DNA from: Thermoplasmata archaeon
GTDB taxonomy: Archaea; Thermoplasmatota; Thermoplasmata; Lutacidiplasmatales; UBA184
Length of the DNA stretch: 64,000 bases
Assembly (NCBI GenBank): GCA_021816865.1
Contig: JAKAWX010000003.1
Location: forward strand, 34,681 to 98,680
Direction of reading: 5' to 3'
Made by a program: the position numbers and the translations under genes. The number at the start of each line of letters is the position of its first letter. The first letter of the stretch is position 1. Below the pieces are notes generated by a model. It worked only from the letters and a program-made list of their open reading frames with translations, was not told where the DNA came from and did not search any database. Shown in pieces: positions 46,236 to 56,637 of the stretch.

Positions 46236-48365
46236 TCAGAGCGGACGGCGATAGGGACGCCCGGTGGTCCCGGTTCCCGGGGAGACGGGCGGGACGTTCG
46301 GGGGCGGTCCGGCGGGGACCATGCGGAGCGGGGACGACGCGGTCGGGTGCACGGGTCGGCCGAGCTTCTCCCGGAGCCAGTGGCGGACATCGAAGAAGTA
46401 CATGTTCCCGTAGGGACAGGCCTCGACGCAGTCGCCGACGCCGCAGCACTTCGAGCTGCGGAACTCGCCCTTCTGCCGGAAGTGCCCCGGCATGTCGACC
46501 AGCCCTACCGGGCACGACTTCGCGCAGTCGACGGTCGTGCAGCGACGACAAACCTCCTTGTCCCTCACTTTGAGACGGAAGAACCCAAGCCGCCCGAATG
46601 CCGCCGTGATCTGACCCGTGTAGCACCAACCCATCGTGACGCAGCTGTAGTTGCCCGAGTAGGGGATGGTGACGAACAGGACGTACCAGAGGACGCCAAA
46701 GTAGAGTGCGTAGAGGAACGCGGTCGGGTCGGCGCCAAGGACCCTGAGGTCCCAGATGCCGACCTGGTCGAGGTACGAAGCGGCGGAGGCGAGAACGAGC
46801 GAGACCATCACGCAGGCCGTCGTGACGGAGTACGCCGTCGACAAGCGGCTGCTGAGGTACTTGCGGGCAAGGGGGGAGGTGCGGTTGAAGCTCTTCATCG
46901 CGTCGATCGTCGTCCCCTGGAACATCAGCGGGGCCGTGCAGAAGACCGAGCAGACGACCCGACGGCCGAAGAGGACCGCGAGGAGGCCCACGACGGCGTA
47001 CGTGGCGAGGAGCACGACGAAGACCGAGGTCGCGAGCGGCGCCGAGCCGATCCCCATGCTCCATCCGAGCACGGGCACTGCCGGGCCCCGGGGAAATGTC
47101 GGGAAGACGAGCGGGTAGTACACGCTCGGAAAGAACACCGCGAATGCGGCGTAGCTCCCCATCATGAGGGCGAGGCGCACCCGGGTTTCGCGCGAGCGCG
47201 TCTCGCGGAACTTGAAGCAGACGAGCGCGCCCATCTCAATCCCCATCATGACGAGGAACCACGTCGACCCGGTGGTGAGGGCGACGAACCAGAAGATGTC
47301 GTAGAGCGCGCGATACGCGATCCCACCTCCGCCCCCCGAAAGCGGGAGCAGGCCCCCGCTCCCGAAGAACGAGGGCCCGGCGATCGCAACGTCGAGAAGC
47401 GCCCCCATGAACACCTCCGCCACGAAGATCGTCCCGAGCAGGACGACCGACCAGCCCGGCCGCAGCGTCCAGGGCGTCGTCGGTCCGTCGGTGAAACGGG
47501 CCGGCCGCGTCAGCGCGCCAAAGAAGATCACCATCTCGATCACGACCGAGAGGGCGAAGACGGTCGTCGACCCGGTTTCCTTCCAGGCGTAGAGCCCGGC
47601 CATCATCCCGGCGTAGACCGCGAGCAACTGCACCAGGTAGGAGGCGAGCCCCGCCTCGACGTTGCGGTGCCGGTAGAGGAACTCCATCACGAAAACGACC
47701 AGGACGATCATGGCCGCGCTCGAAGCGGCGATTGCGAGGTCGGCCCAGAGCGCGCCCGCGAGAGCCGGCGGGGAGAACGCCATGATCAACGCCTGCCCAC
47801 CGAGGATCGCGACGACCGGCCGCGAGAGGCGGTCGCGAAGGAGGGCGGCGGACAGGAACATCTCGGCGGCCATCGTGAAGAGGAACCAGGGAGAGTCGAT
47901 CGTCGACGCGACCCCCGAGACGATCCCCGGGAGGCTCCCGCCCCCGAACCCGACGGTGGATCCGGCCGCGGCCGAGAAGGTCCACCCCATCAGGAGCTCG
48001 TTGGCCAGAACGAGAAGCACGATGCCCGCGACGAACGCCCCGCGATGTTTCAGGATCGGCGGAGATGCACCGCCCTCGACGGAAGTCCGGTGTCTCGCTT
48101 CCTCGAGGAATCCCAGGAACACCTGGACGACGCTCACCGCCATGAGCGCGCTCGCGACCCAGAAGCCCTCTACTAGGGCCGGGGTCCCGGGATCGGAGTA
48201 GTACACCGCCGCGCCGGCGAGCATCGAGACCATCATCAGGAGGAGGAAGACGACCGTCGACGCCGGCAGGGCGGTACGGGCGTCGGCCGCCCAGCGGATC
48301 AGGTAGGCGGTCGCGGACGCCATCGCCGCCGCGAGCGGAACGAGAACCACCCAGGTTGCGATCAT
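46236..48365 (-). CDS. Large polytopic membrane 4Fe-4S protein (NapH/MauN/FoxG-like)
   Basis: Many TM helices; GRRVVCSVFC, CVTMGWCYTG, CRRCTTVDCAKSCP, CCGVGDCVEACP. Confidence 0.85.
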   Translation of the reverse strand: MIATWVVLVPLAAAMASATAYLIRWAADARTALPASTVVFLLLMMVSMLAGAAVYYSDPGTPALVEGFWVASALMAVSVVQVFLGFLEEARHRTSVEGGASPPILKHRGAFVAGIVLLVLANELLMGWTFSAAAGSTVGFGGGSLPGIVSGVASTIDSPWFLFTMAAEMFLSAALLRDRLSRPVVAILGGQALIMAFSPPALAGALWADLAIAASSAAMIVLVVFVMEFLYRHRNVEAGLASYLVQLLAVYAGMMAGLYAWKETGSTTVFALSVVIEMVIFFGALTRPARFTDGPTTPWTLRPGWSVVLLGTIFVAEVFMGALLDVAIAGPSFFGSGGLLPLSGGGGGIAYRALYDIFWFVALTTGSTWFLVMMGIEMGALVCFKFRETRSRETRVRLALMMGSYAAFAVFFPSVYYPLVFPTFPRGPAVPVLGWSMGIGSAPLATSVFVVLLATYAVVGLLAVLFGRRVVCSVFCTAPLMFQGTTIDAMKSFNRTSPLARKYLSSRLSTAYSVTTACVMVSLVLASAASYLDQVGIWDLRVLGADPTAFLYALYFGVLWYVLFVTIPYSGNYSCVTMGWCYTGQITAAFGRLGFFRLKVRDKEVCRRCTTVDCAKSCPVGLVDMPGHFRQKGEFRSSKCCGVGDCVEACPYGNMYFFDVRHWLREKLGRPVHPTASSPLRMVPAGPPPNVPPVSPGTGTTGRPYRRPL

Positions 48366-49325
48366 CTTCCGGCGCCCCGCCGCTTACGACTCGTCCCGGT
48401 CATGGGGCGCCATCGACCGGCGCGGCCGGGACGGCCACCGGGGGCGGACTACGCGTCCCCTGGAGGGGGCCGGCGGTACCGCTGCCGGTCCCGCCCAGAG
48501 CCGGAGCGGCGGGCGACACCGTTCCTTAGCCGGCTCGGACTTTATATCGGGGGGGTCCGAACCGTGACCTCACCGCGGAACTCCTGTCGGCCGTGGGGAT
48601 CGGAGGCGGCCGCGCCGGGGTCGGTCCCGCGGACGCTTCCGCGAGGCCCGACGGCATCGGGCGCCACCGTCCCGGGCGGCCGTCGAACGCCCGCCACACC
48701 CCGCGGTTGCGCCCGGCCCGCGCCACGGCGGCACGAACAACCCCCGGCCCTGCGCATCGTTCCGAGGGGCGGACGGAGCAAAGCCCGGGTGGCGCCCTAC
48801 AAAAGCGACTTCGCGAGCCGGTAGCGCGGAGCTGCTCGAACGGTTACGACGCTGCGGCGAACTGCGCGGGGCGGCCGGTGGTCGAGGGTCCTCTCTGGCT
48901 CCAACTGCCGCAACCCGGCGCCCCGCCTCCCCCGGACGGCGGAGCGTCACCGCTTGGGGGTCTGCTCCGGGCCGGGGGACCGATCGGGGGCGGGGATTCG
49001 CGGTCGTGGCTTCGCTCGTCGACCCGGAGAGCTCGAAGGGCATCCGAGCGCGGGGCTCGGGACCGAGGACGGGCACGTCGGCCGCTCGAGCGCGGTGGTC
49101 TTCCGCCGGCGCCCTAAGTGCGGCTCGAGCGGGGTCTCCTCTGCATTCGCAACGCGCCGCTCATGCGGGAGTCGGATCGGAACCGGCAGGACGCTGCCCC
49201 GCGGGGAAGCCGGACGCCCGGATGTCCCGCGAAGGTTCGCAACGTATTTTGACCGGAAGTGCGTGGGTTCTCTCGCTCACGGGACGTGGACCTCTACCGT
49301 CCTCGCTCCGGCGATCGAGACTTCG

Positions 49326-50969
49326 ATGAGTTCCCGGGATCCTCGTCCAGGGAGTTCTCCCCCCGAGCCCGTTCGACCCCACATCGAGGTGGACGGCCCG
49401 ACCGCACCGAGGTTCGCCGAGATACTCACTCCGGAGGCGCTCGACTTCCTCGGATCCCTGCACGCGCGGTTCGACACCCGTCGCCGGTCGCTCCTCGCGG
49501 CACGCGGTGCGTTCCGGGAGATGGTCACCGCCGGTCGGCTCCCCGACTTTCCCCCGGAGACCCGATCGGTGCGGGAGGGCGCGTGGACGGTTCCACCTCC
49601 GCCGGTGGACCTCGAGGACCGCCGAGTCGAGATCACCGGCCCCGTCGACCGGAAGATGATCATCAACGCGCTCAACTCGGGCGCCCGGGTTTACATGGCC
49701 GACTTCGAGGACGCCCACTCCCCAACGTGGGCTGCGACCGTCGCCGGCCAGGTGAACCTTTGGGATGCGGTGCGGCGCCGCATCTCCTACGAGGCTCCGG
49801 ACGGACGGGCGTACCGGCTCGCGGAGCGAACCGCCACCCTCCTCGTCCGGCCCCGGGGGTGGCACCTCGAGGAGCGACACGCCCGGGCCGACGGGACCCC
49901 GCTCTCGGCCAGCCTGTTCGACTTCGGGCTCTACTTCTTCCACAACGCGAAGGAGCTCCTCGCCCGAGGTACGGGGCCGTACTTTTACCTCCCCAAGATC
50001 GAGCACTACCTCGAAGCCCGGCTCTGGAACGACGTCTTCCGGGCCTCGGAGGCGGCGCTCGGGATCCCGGTCGGGTCGATCCGGGCGACCGTCCTCATCG
50101 AAACCCTGCCCGCCGCCTTCCAGATGGACGAGATCCTCTACGAGCTGCGGGAGCACTCGGCCGGGCTCAACTGCGGGCGTTGGGACTACCTCTTCAGCTT
50201 CATCAAGCAGTTCCGCGACGATCCGACGTCGAGGTTCCCCGACCGGGCCCGTCTCACGATGGACACGGGGTTCCTGACCGCGTACTCGCACCTCCTGATC
50301 CAGACCTGTCATCGTCGGGGGGCCCATGCGATGGGGGGGATGGCCGCGCAGATCCCGATCAAGAGCGACCCCGTCGCGAACGCCGAGGCGATCGCCAAGG
50401 TGGTCGCGGACAAGGAACGGGAGGTCCGGGCCGGGCACGACGGCACGTGGGTCGCGCACCCGGGGCTCGTCCCCATCGCCGCCGCGGTCTTCGACCGTGA
50501 GATGCGCGGGCCGAACCAGATCCACATCCCCCGCACCTGCCCCCCGATCGGGCCCGCGGAGCTTCTGGCCGTTCCTCCGGGCCCGATCACGGCGGACGGC
50601 GTCCACCGGAACGCGCGGGTCGCGCTCCTCTACCTCACGGCATGGCTCGGCGGGAACGGCTGCGTGCCGATCGACCACCTCATGGAGGACGCCGCCACCG
50701 CCGAGATCGCCCGGACCCAGCTCTGGCAGTGGGTCCACCACGGGGCCCGTCTCGAGGACGGTCGGCCGATCGATGTCGCCCTCGTCCGTACCGAGCTCGC
50801 GCGAGAGCTCGAGCGGCACCGGGCCGAGGCGGAGACCGAGGCCGTCCGGACGACCGCGACGACGGCCGCCGCCCTGCTCGAGGAGCTCATTACCCGTCCC
50901 GGGCTCGAGGAGTTTATCACGCGGTATGCGTACCCGTACTTGGGCGACGCGCCGGAGAGCGGAGCATGA
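49326..50969 (+). CDS. aceB: Malate synthase A
   Basis: [49 protein letters not shown]. Confidence 0.96.
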   Translation: MSSRDPRPGSSPPEPVRPHIEVDGPTAPRFAEILTPEALDFLGSLHARFDTRRRSLLAARGAFREMVTAGRLPDFPPETRSVREGAWTVPPPPVDLEDRRVEITGPVDRKMIINALNSGARVYMADFEDAHSPTWAATVAGQVNLWDAVRRRISYEAPDGRAYRLAERTATLLVRPRGWHLEERHARADGTPLSASLFDFGLYFFHNAKELLARGTGPYFYLPKIEHYLEARLWNDVFRASEAALGIPVGSIRATVLIETLPAAFQMDEILYELREHSAGLNCGRWDYLFSFIKQFRDDPTSRFPDRARLTMDTGFLTAYSHLLIQTCHRRGAHAMGGMAAQIPIKSDPVANAEAIAKVVADKEREVRAGHDGTWVAHPGLVPIAAAVFDREMRGPNQIHIPRTCPPIGPAELLAVPPGPITADGVHRNARVALLYLTAWLGGNGCVPIDHLMEDAATAEIARTQLWQWVHHGARLEDGRPIDVALVRTELARELERHRAEAETEAVRTTATTAAALLEELITRPGLEEFITRYAYPYLGDAPESGA

Positions 50970-52306
50970 AGGAGGTCGTCGGGTCCGACTGGAAGAAGGC
51001 CGAACGCTGGAAAGGAATCATTCGGCCGTACCGGGCGGAGGACGTCGAACGGCTGCGGGGATCGGTCCCGATCGAGTACACGATCGCGTCGCTCGGCGCC
51101 CAGAGGCTGTGGCGGCTCCTCCAGAGCGAGCCGTACCTCCCGACGCTGGGGGCGATGAGCGGCACCCAGGCGGTCCAGATGGTCGCCGCGGGCCTCCCCG
51201 CGATCTACGCGAGCGGCTGGCAGGTGGCCGCCGACGCGAACGATGCGGCCCAGACCTATCCCGACCAGAGCCTCTACCCGGCGGACTCGATGCCGCACCT
51301 GGTCCGCCGGATCAACAACGCCTTCCGCCGCGAGGACGAGAAGCAGCACGCCCTCGGGAAGGGCGACGTTTACTGGTACGCCCCGATCGTCGCCGACGGC
51401 GAGGCCGGCTTCGGAGGGAACCTCAATGTCTTCGAGCTCACGAAGGCCCTGATCGACGCGGGCGCCGCGGGACTGCACCTCGAGGACCAGCTGGCCTCGG
51501 TCAAGAAGTGCGGACACATGGGCGGGAAGGTCCTCGTCCCCACGCGGGAGTTCAACCAGAAGCTCTGGGCGGCCCGTCTCGCCGCCGACGTCGCCGGGGT
51601 CCCGACGGTCGTGATCGCCCGCACCGACGCGCTCAGCGCGAAGCTCCTGACGAGCGACATCGACCCGCGCGACGAGGCGTTCCTGACCGGGAAGCGTACC
51701 TCCGAGGGATTCTTCGAGATCACCGGGGGCCTCGACATGGCGATCGCCCGCGGGCTCGCCTACGCGCCGTTCGCCGACCTCCTGTGGTTCGAGACCGCGG
51801 GGCCCGACCTCGACGAGGCGGAGCGGTTCGCGCGCGAGATCCACCGCGCGTTCCCGGGAAAGCCGCTCGCTTACAACTGCTCGCCGTCGTTCAACTGGCG
51901 CAAGAAGCTCTCGACCGACGTGATCGCGCAGTTCCAGACGACGATCGGCGAGATGGGCTACAAGTTCCAGTTCGTGACCCTGGCCGGCTTCCACGCGCTC
52001 AACCTCTCGATGTTCCGGCTCGCGAAAGGCTACTCGCAGACCGGCATGTCGGCGTACACCGACCTCCAGGAAGAGGAGTTCCGCGCCGAGGAGGACGGGT
52101 ACGCCGCGGTGAAGCACCAGTCGTTCGTCGGCACCGGTTACTTCGACGACGTGGCCCAGGTCCTCTCGGGCGGGTTGACCTCCACGCTCGCCATGGACGG
52201 CTCGACCGAGAAGGAGCAGTTCCAGGAGCCGCAACCGCGCCGGGCGAGCGGAGAGGCGCCCGTTCGGTCGGCACGCTCCCGGTCGGCCTCCTCGAAGGTC
52301 AGCTGA
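50966..52306 (+). CDS. aceA: Isocitrate lyase
   Basis: [45 protein letters not shown]. Confidence 0.96.
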   Translation: MKEVVGSDWKKAERWKGIIRPYRAEDVERLRGSVPIEYTIASLGAQRLWRLLQSEPYLPTLGAMSGTQAVQMVAAGLPAIYASGWQVAADANDAAQTYPDQSLYPADSMPHLVRRINNAFRREDEKQHALGKGDVYWYAPIVADGEAGFGGNLNVFELTKALIDAGAAGLHLEDQLASVKKCGHMGGKVLVPTREFNQKLWAARLAADVAGVPTVVIARTDALSAKLLTSDIDPRDEAFLTGKRTSEGFFEITGGLDMAIARGLAYAPFADLLWFETAGPDLDEAERFAREIHRAFPGKPLAYNCSPSFNWRKKLSTDVIAQFQTTIGEMGYKFQFVTLAGFHALNLSMFRLAKGYSQTGMSAYTDLQEEEFRAEEDGYAAVKHQSFVGTGYFDDVAQVLSGGLTSTLAMDGSTEKEQFQEPQPRRASGEAPVRSARSRSASSKVS

Positions 52307-52351
52307 TCCACCCCCGGCGCCGCGCGCCGGTCGTGCCGGCTCGGCCTCGCC

Positions 52352-53530
52352 TCAGGCCGACCGGGGCGCCTCGCCGGCTTTCGGCTCCCGGCGGGGCCAG
52401 AGACGACGGGCCGCGACCCAGAGCATGATCTCCGACGGGCCGTGGGCGATGCGGCCCGAGCGCACGTCCCGCCACCGCTGCTCGTGCGGCAGCTCCTGGG
52501 AGTAGCCTCGCCCGCCGTGGAATTGGATCGCGTGGTCGATCGTGCGGAGCGCGACCTCCGTCGCCATCCACTTCGCGAGCGCCGCATCGCGGTCGCACTC
52601 GGCCCCGCGGTCGAGCCGTTCGAGGACCCGGTCCGTGTACAGCCAGGACGCCTCGAGCTCCGCCCCGTCCGCCACCAGCGCGAACGCGACCGCCTCCTGC
52701 GCGGACAGCGGGCGACCGAAGACCTTCCGATCCTCGACGAAGCGGACGGTCTCCTCCCACGACGCCCGCGCCACGCCGAGGTAGATCGCCGCGAGGAGCG
52801 CGTGCTCGCGGGTGAGCTCGTGTTGCACGTAGTCGAACGCCGCTCCGACGTCGCCGATCCGCAGGCGGCCGGGCACGCGGACCCGGTCGTAGCGCACGGT
52901 TCCGCGGCGCTGCCACCGCTCCCCGAGGTCGCCGGCGGTGCTCTCGGCGTGGACACCCGGAAGGTCGTGAGGCACGAGGAAGGCGGTGATCTCGCGTCGG
53001 GGGTCCGGTCCGGGCACGCGGGCGTAGACGATCGCCGCCTGGGCGTCCGTCGCGAACGCCGCCTCGCTCTTCGTGCCGCTGAGCAGGTAGTCGTCACCGT
53101 CCGGCACGGCGACCGCGCGGATCGCGCCCGCGTCCGAACCGGCGCCCGGCTCGGTGATCTGGTTGCCGACGAGCGCCTCGCCGCGGACGATCGGGCGGAA
53201 CCATTCCCGAACGAGGTCCGGCGAGCCGTGCTCGGCGAGGACCGACGAGAACTCCGGCTGAAGGGAGAGCTTCGCGAACGTCGTCCCGGCGAGGTAGCCA
53301 AGATGGTAGAGCGCGACCCCGACCCGGCGCACGGGCCATCCGCGGCCGCCGAGCTCGGACGGGACATGGAGGCCGAGCAGGCCGGCCTCGCCGAGGGCCC
53401 GGTACTCGGGCCAGGGGAACGCGGGAGCCCGGTCGAGCTCGCGGGAGCGTCGGGCGAGGTCGAGACGCCGAGCGACGTCGCCGATCTCCTCGACGACCGG
53501 GTCTTCGGGCAACGGCGGGAGGTCCGGCAC
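52352..53530 (-). CDS. Acyl-CoA dehydrogenase
   Basis: TEPGAGSD, LSGTK, RKVFGRPL, AKW, AIQFHGGRGY, GPSEIM. Confidence 0.92.
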   Translation of the reverse strand: MPDLPPLPEDPVVEEIGDVARRLDLARRSRELDRAPAFPWPEYRALGEAGLLGLHVPSELGGRGWPVRRVGVALYHLGYLAGTTFAKLSLQPEFSSVLAEHGSPDLVREWFRPIVRGEALVGNQITEPGAGSDAGAIRAVAVPDGDDYLLSGTKSEAAFATDAQAAIVYARVPGPDPRREITAFLVPHDLPGVHAESTAGDLGERWQRRGTVRYDRVRVPGRLRIGDVGAAFDYVQHELTREHALLAAIYLGVARASWEETVRFVEDRKVFGRPLSAQEAVAFALVADGAELEASWLYTDRVLERLDRGAECDRDAALAKWMATEVALRTIDHAIQFHGGRGYSQELPHEQRWRDVRSGRIAHGPSEIMLWVAARRLWPRREPKAGEAPRSA

Positions 53531-54847
53531 CTACACCTCCTCCGAGGCGTAGAACGGCCGGGCGGACGGCGCCGGTCCGCGCGCGGGCGGATGCTCGCCG
53601 ACGACCCCGAGGCTCCGCAGACGTCCGACCTCGTCCGAGGAGTAGCCGAGGATCCCGGTGAGGACCGAATCGTTGTCCTGGCCGAGCCACGGCGCCCCGC
53701 GCCACACGCCGCCCGGCGTCGCCGAGAACTTCGGCGCGACGCCCGCGCCCTTCACGCGGCCCGCCACCGGATCGTCCCACTCCACGAACATCCCCCGGTC
53801 CCGGTAGTGCGGGTCGCGGGCGATGTCCGCCATGTCCTGGACCCGGTTGATCGCGACGTCGTGCTCGCGACCGAGGCGTTCGAGCGCCTCGCGCGAGCGG
53901 CTCCTGCAAAACTCGGCGATCGACCGGTCGACCGGTTCCCGGTGCGCGAGGCGGTAGTCCCGGTCGTCGAACGCCGGGTCGTCGAACCCGATCAGCGCCT
54001 TGAGCCGCGCCCAGGAGTCCGGGGTCGGGGCGGCAACGACGACAAAGCCGTCCGACGCGCGGTGCACGTCGTACGGGTGGAGTCGGGCGTGCCCGGAGCC
54101 GAAGCGGCCCCGGACGACCCCGCGCATGAAGTAGTCGAGCGCGACGTTCTCGAGCAGCACGAAGAAGACCTCGTACTGGGCGACGTCGACCGACTGCCCC
54201 CGCCCGGTTCGCTGCGCGTGGATGTAGCCCATGAGGCCGGCGGTCGCCGACGCGAGACCGGTGACGGTGTCGTTGATCGCGGTGCCGGCCCGCATCGGCG
54301 GCTCCGGGTCCGGGTTCCCCTGGAGCGCGAGGTAGCCGCTGTACGCCTGGGCGGTGAGGTCGTACGACGGGGCCGCCACCCGCTGCGGGTCGCCGGTCCG
54401 CCCGTAGCCCGAGACGTGGACGATCGTGAGCCGCGGGTTCGCCGCCCATGCTTCGGCGTCCGAGAGCCCGAGCCGGTCGTAGGTACCGGGACGAGACGAT
54501 TCGATCCAGATATCCGACTGCCTCAGGAGGTCGAGGAAGACCCGTCGTCCCTCGGGCCGTCGGACATCGAGACCGACCGAGAGCTTGTTGCGGGAGTACT
54601 GGACCCACGATTCGGAGACCGCGTCCTCGGGCGAGGGGCCGGGCAAAAGCGGCCGGAGCGTTCGCGTCGCGTCGGCGTAGGGAGGTTCGAACGGCGGACC
54701 CTCGACGTGCACGACGCGGGCGCCGAACTCGCCCAGGTACGTGGCCGCCCACGGTCCCGCGACGAACCGGGCCGACTCGAGGACCCGGAGACCCGAGAGC
54801 GGGCCGTACGGCGGCACCACGACGTCAGGGCCCGAATCGGACGACAC
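53531..54847 (-). CDS. Class III CoA-transferase (CaiB/BaiF)
   Basis: GPLSGLRV, AGP, RNKLS, SGYGRTG, APWLGQDN; start GTG 54847 inferred. Confidence 0.9.
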   Translation of the reverse strand: MSSDSGPDVVVPPYGPLSGLRVLESARFVAGPWAATYLGEFGARVVHVEGPPFEPPYADATRTLRPLLPGPSPEDAVSESWVQYSRNKLSVGLDVRRPEGRRVFLDLLRQSDIWIESSRPGTYDRLGLSDAEAWAANPRLTIVHVSGYGRTGDPQRVAAPSYDLTAQAYSGYLALQGNPDPEPPMRAGTAINDTVTGLASATAGLMGYIHAQRTGRGQSVDVAQYEVFFVLLENVALDYFMRGVVRGRFGSGHARLHPYDVHRASDGFVVVAAPTPDSWARLKALIGFDDPAFDDRDYRLAHREPVDRSIAEFCRSRSREALERLGREHDVAINRVQDMADIARDPHYRDRGMFVEWDDPVAGRVKGAGVAPKFSATPGGVWRGAPWLGQDNDSVLTGILGYSSDEVGRLRSLGVVGEHPPARGPAPSARPFYASEEV

Positions 54848-54934
54848 GCGGGCCGAGCGGCCCGGTTCTCGATAACGGTCGAGGTTCACCGCGGAACCTC
54901 GCCGTCCAAATACGCTTCCCCGTTCGACGCTCCG

Positions 54935-55675
54935 ATGACCGAACCCCCGTGGATCCGGTTCGAGGGCGAGAAGTTCCGTGACGAGCTCACGAGCTTCAAG
55001 ATGGCGCACCACCCGTTCAAGACCCACCCGTTCTTCGCCCGGCTCGAGAGGGGCGAGGTTCCCCTCCCGGTCGTGCGGGAGTGGGCGAAGCAGTTCTACC
55101 CGTGGCTCGCCTCGGTGCCGATCGCGATGGCCGAGCGGTTCGCGAACTGCTCGTGGGAGCCCGAGAACGACCGCTACCGCCGCATGATCCTCGACCAGCT
55201 CGTCGAGGAGGCCGGGGACCCGAAGGGGAAGGCGCCCGGACATCCGGAGCTCTGGCTCCGGTTCTGCGAAGGGCTCGGGCTTTCGCGACGGGAGGTCCAG
55301 TCGGCGTCCCTCCTCCCGTCCACGATGGTCGCGATCGACGATTTCCTCTACACGAACCGGGTCAACAGCTTCTACGTATCCGCGGCGGGGTCGTCCGAGC
55401 CCCCGAACGTCGAGCTCTGCGCGCGCCTGTTACCGGCGTTCCGCACGCACTATAAGGTCGCCGAATCGCACCTCGAGTACTACAACCTCCACGTCGTCGC
55501 CGACGTCGAGCACAGCGAGTGGATCGGCCAGATCGTGGCCGGCTTCGCCTCGTCGCCCGTGATCCGCAAGCAGATGTGGGACCAGATGCTGCGGGGCTTC
55601 TCGATCCACGCCCTACTTGTCGACGGAGTGACCGCGGCGAACGGCGGTGGGATCGCCCCGTCGAAGGCTAAATAG
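54935..55675 (+). CDS. Heme-oxygenase-like dimetal oxidase (CADD/PqqC/TenA superfamily)
   Basis: HPFF, EEAG...HPELW, SE, H...D..H ligand set. Confidence 0.85.
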   Translation: MTEPPWIRFEGEKFRDELTSFKMAHHPFKTHPFFARLERGEVPLPVVREWAKQFYPWLASVPIAMAERFANCSWEPENDRYRRMILDQLVEEAGDPKGKAPGHPELWLRFCEGLGLSRREVQSASLLPSTMVAIDDFLYTNRVNSFYVSAAGSSEPPNVELCARLLPAFRTHYKVAESHLEYYNLHVVADVEHSEWIGQIVAGFASSPVIRKQMWDQMLRGFSIHALLVDGVTAANGGGIAPSKAK

Positions 55676-55873
55676 GGGAACGGGGGTTCCCGGGAGCGAT
55701 GACGGCCGGCTCGTGCCTCCCCGCGGCGATGCGGACGGACGGACAGCCCGCCGTGGCCTGGCTCTGGTGAACGGGAGGCGCCGGGAGGGCGCCGTCCCGG
55801 TCGTGCCCTGCACGTTCTCGGGCCGACGCCGTCTCGGTCGCTTCCTCGATAGGATGTCCACGGAGAAGAACCG

Positions 55874-56626
55874 ATGTACGGAAAAACGATCCGCCTGAAG
55901 CGACTGTTCCCCGACCGACGGCGACGGCTGTTCTCGGTACCGCTCGACCACCCGGTCTCGATGGGGCCGATCGACGGGCTCGAGGAGCTTCAGCCGCTCG
56001 CCGAGGAGCTCCAGGACGGGGGCGCCGACCTCCTGATCGTCACGAAGGGCGCCGTCCGTGAGGTCGCGCCGATCCTCGCTCCGACGACGCGGCTCGGGGT
56101 CCACGTCTCGGCGTCGACGAGCCTCGGCCCGACGTCGAACCGCAAAGTGCTCGTCGGGACCGCCGAAGAGGCGGTCAGCCTCGGCGCGGACGTCCTGTCG
56201 GTCCAGGTGAACTTCGGGATCCCCGAGGAGCCCGACATGCTCCGGGACCTCGGCGTGGCCGCGGACCAGTGCCGCCAGCTCGGGCTCCCGCTGCTGTGCA
56301 TGGCGTACGTGAAGTCGGGCAGCGGAGGTACTCCGGACGAGCTCCGCCACGCGGCCCGCGCCGCCGCCGACACCGGGGCCGACATCGTGAAAACGAGCTA
56401 TCCCGGCTCGAGGGAAGAGTTCGCGAAGCTCTGCCGCACGACGCCGGTGCCCGTCCTCATCGGCGGGGGAGTACGCCTCGACGACGAGGCGGCGTTCCTG
56501 AACATCATCGCGGACAGCGTCGCCGCAGGCGCCGGCGGGATCTGCATCGGCCGCAACCTCTTCCAGCGACGGCCGGTCGGACCGCTCGCCCGGCGGATCG
56601 CGACGGTCCTTCACTCCGAGGGGTGA
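55874..56626 (+). CDS. aroA': 2-amino-3,7-dideoxy-D-threo-hept-6-ulosonate synthase (DhnA-type aldolase)
   Basis: PLDH.VSMGP..GL, HVSAST.L, GADIVKTSY, IGRNLFQ; first gene of the aro operon. Confidence 0.9.
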   Translation: MYGKTIRLKRLFPDRRRRLFSVPLDHPVSMGPIDGLEELQPLAEELQDGGADLLIVTKGAVREVAPILAPTTRLGVHVSASTSLGPTSNRKVLVGTAEEAVSLGADVLSVQVNFGIPEEPDMLRDLGVAADQCRQLGLPLLCMAYVKSGSGGTPDELRHAARAAADTGADIVKTSYPGSREEFAKLCRTTPVPVLIGGGVRLDDEAAFLNIIADSVAAGAGGICIGRNLFQRRPVGPLARRIATVLHSEG

Positions 56627-56637
56627 CCGGAGGGACC

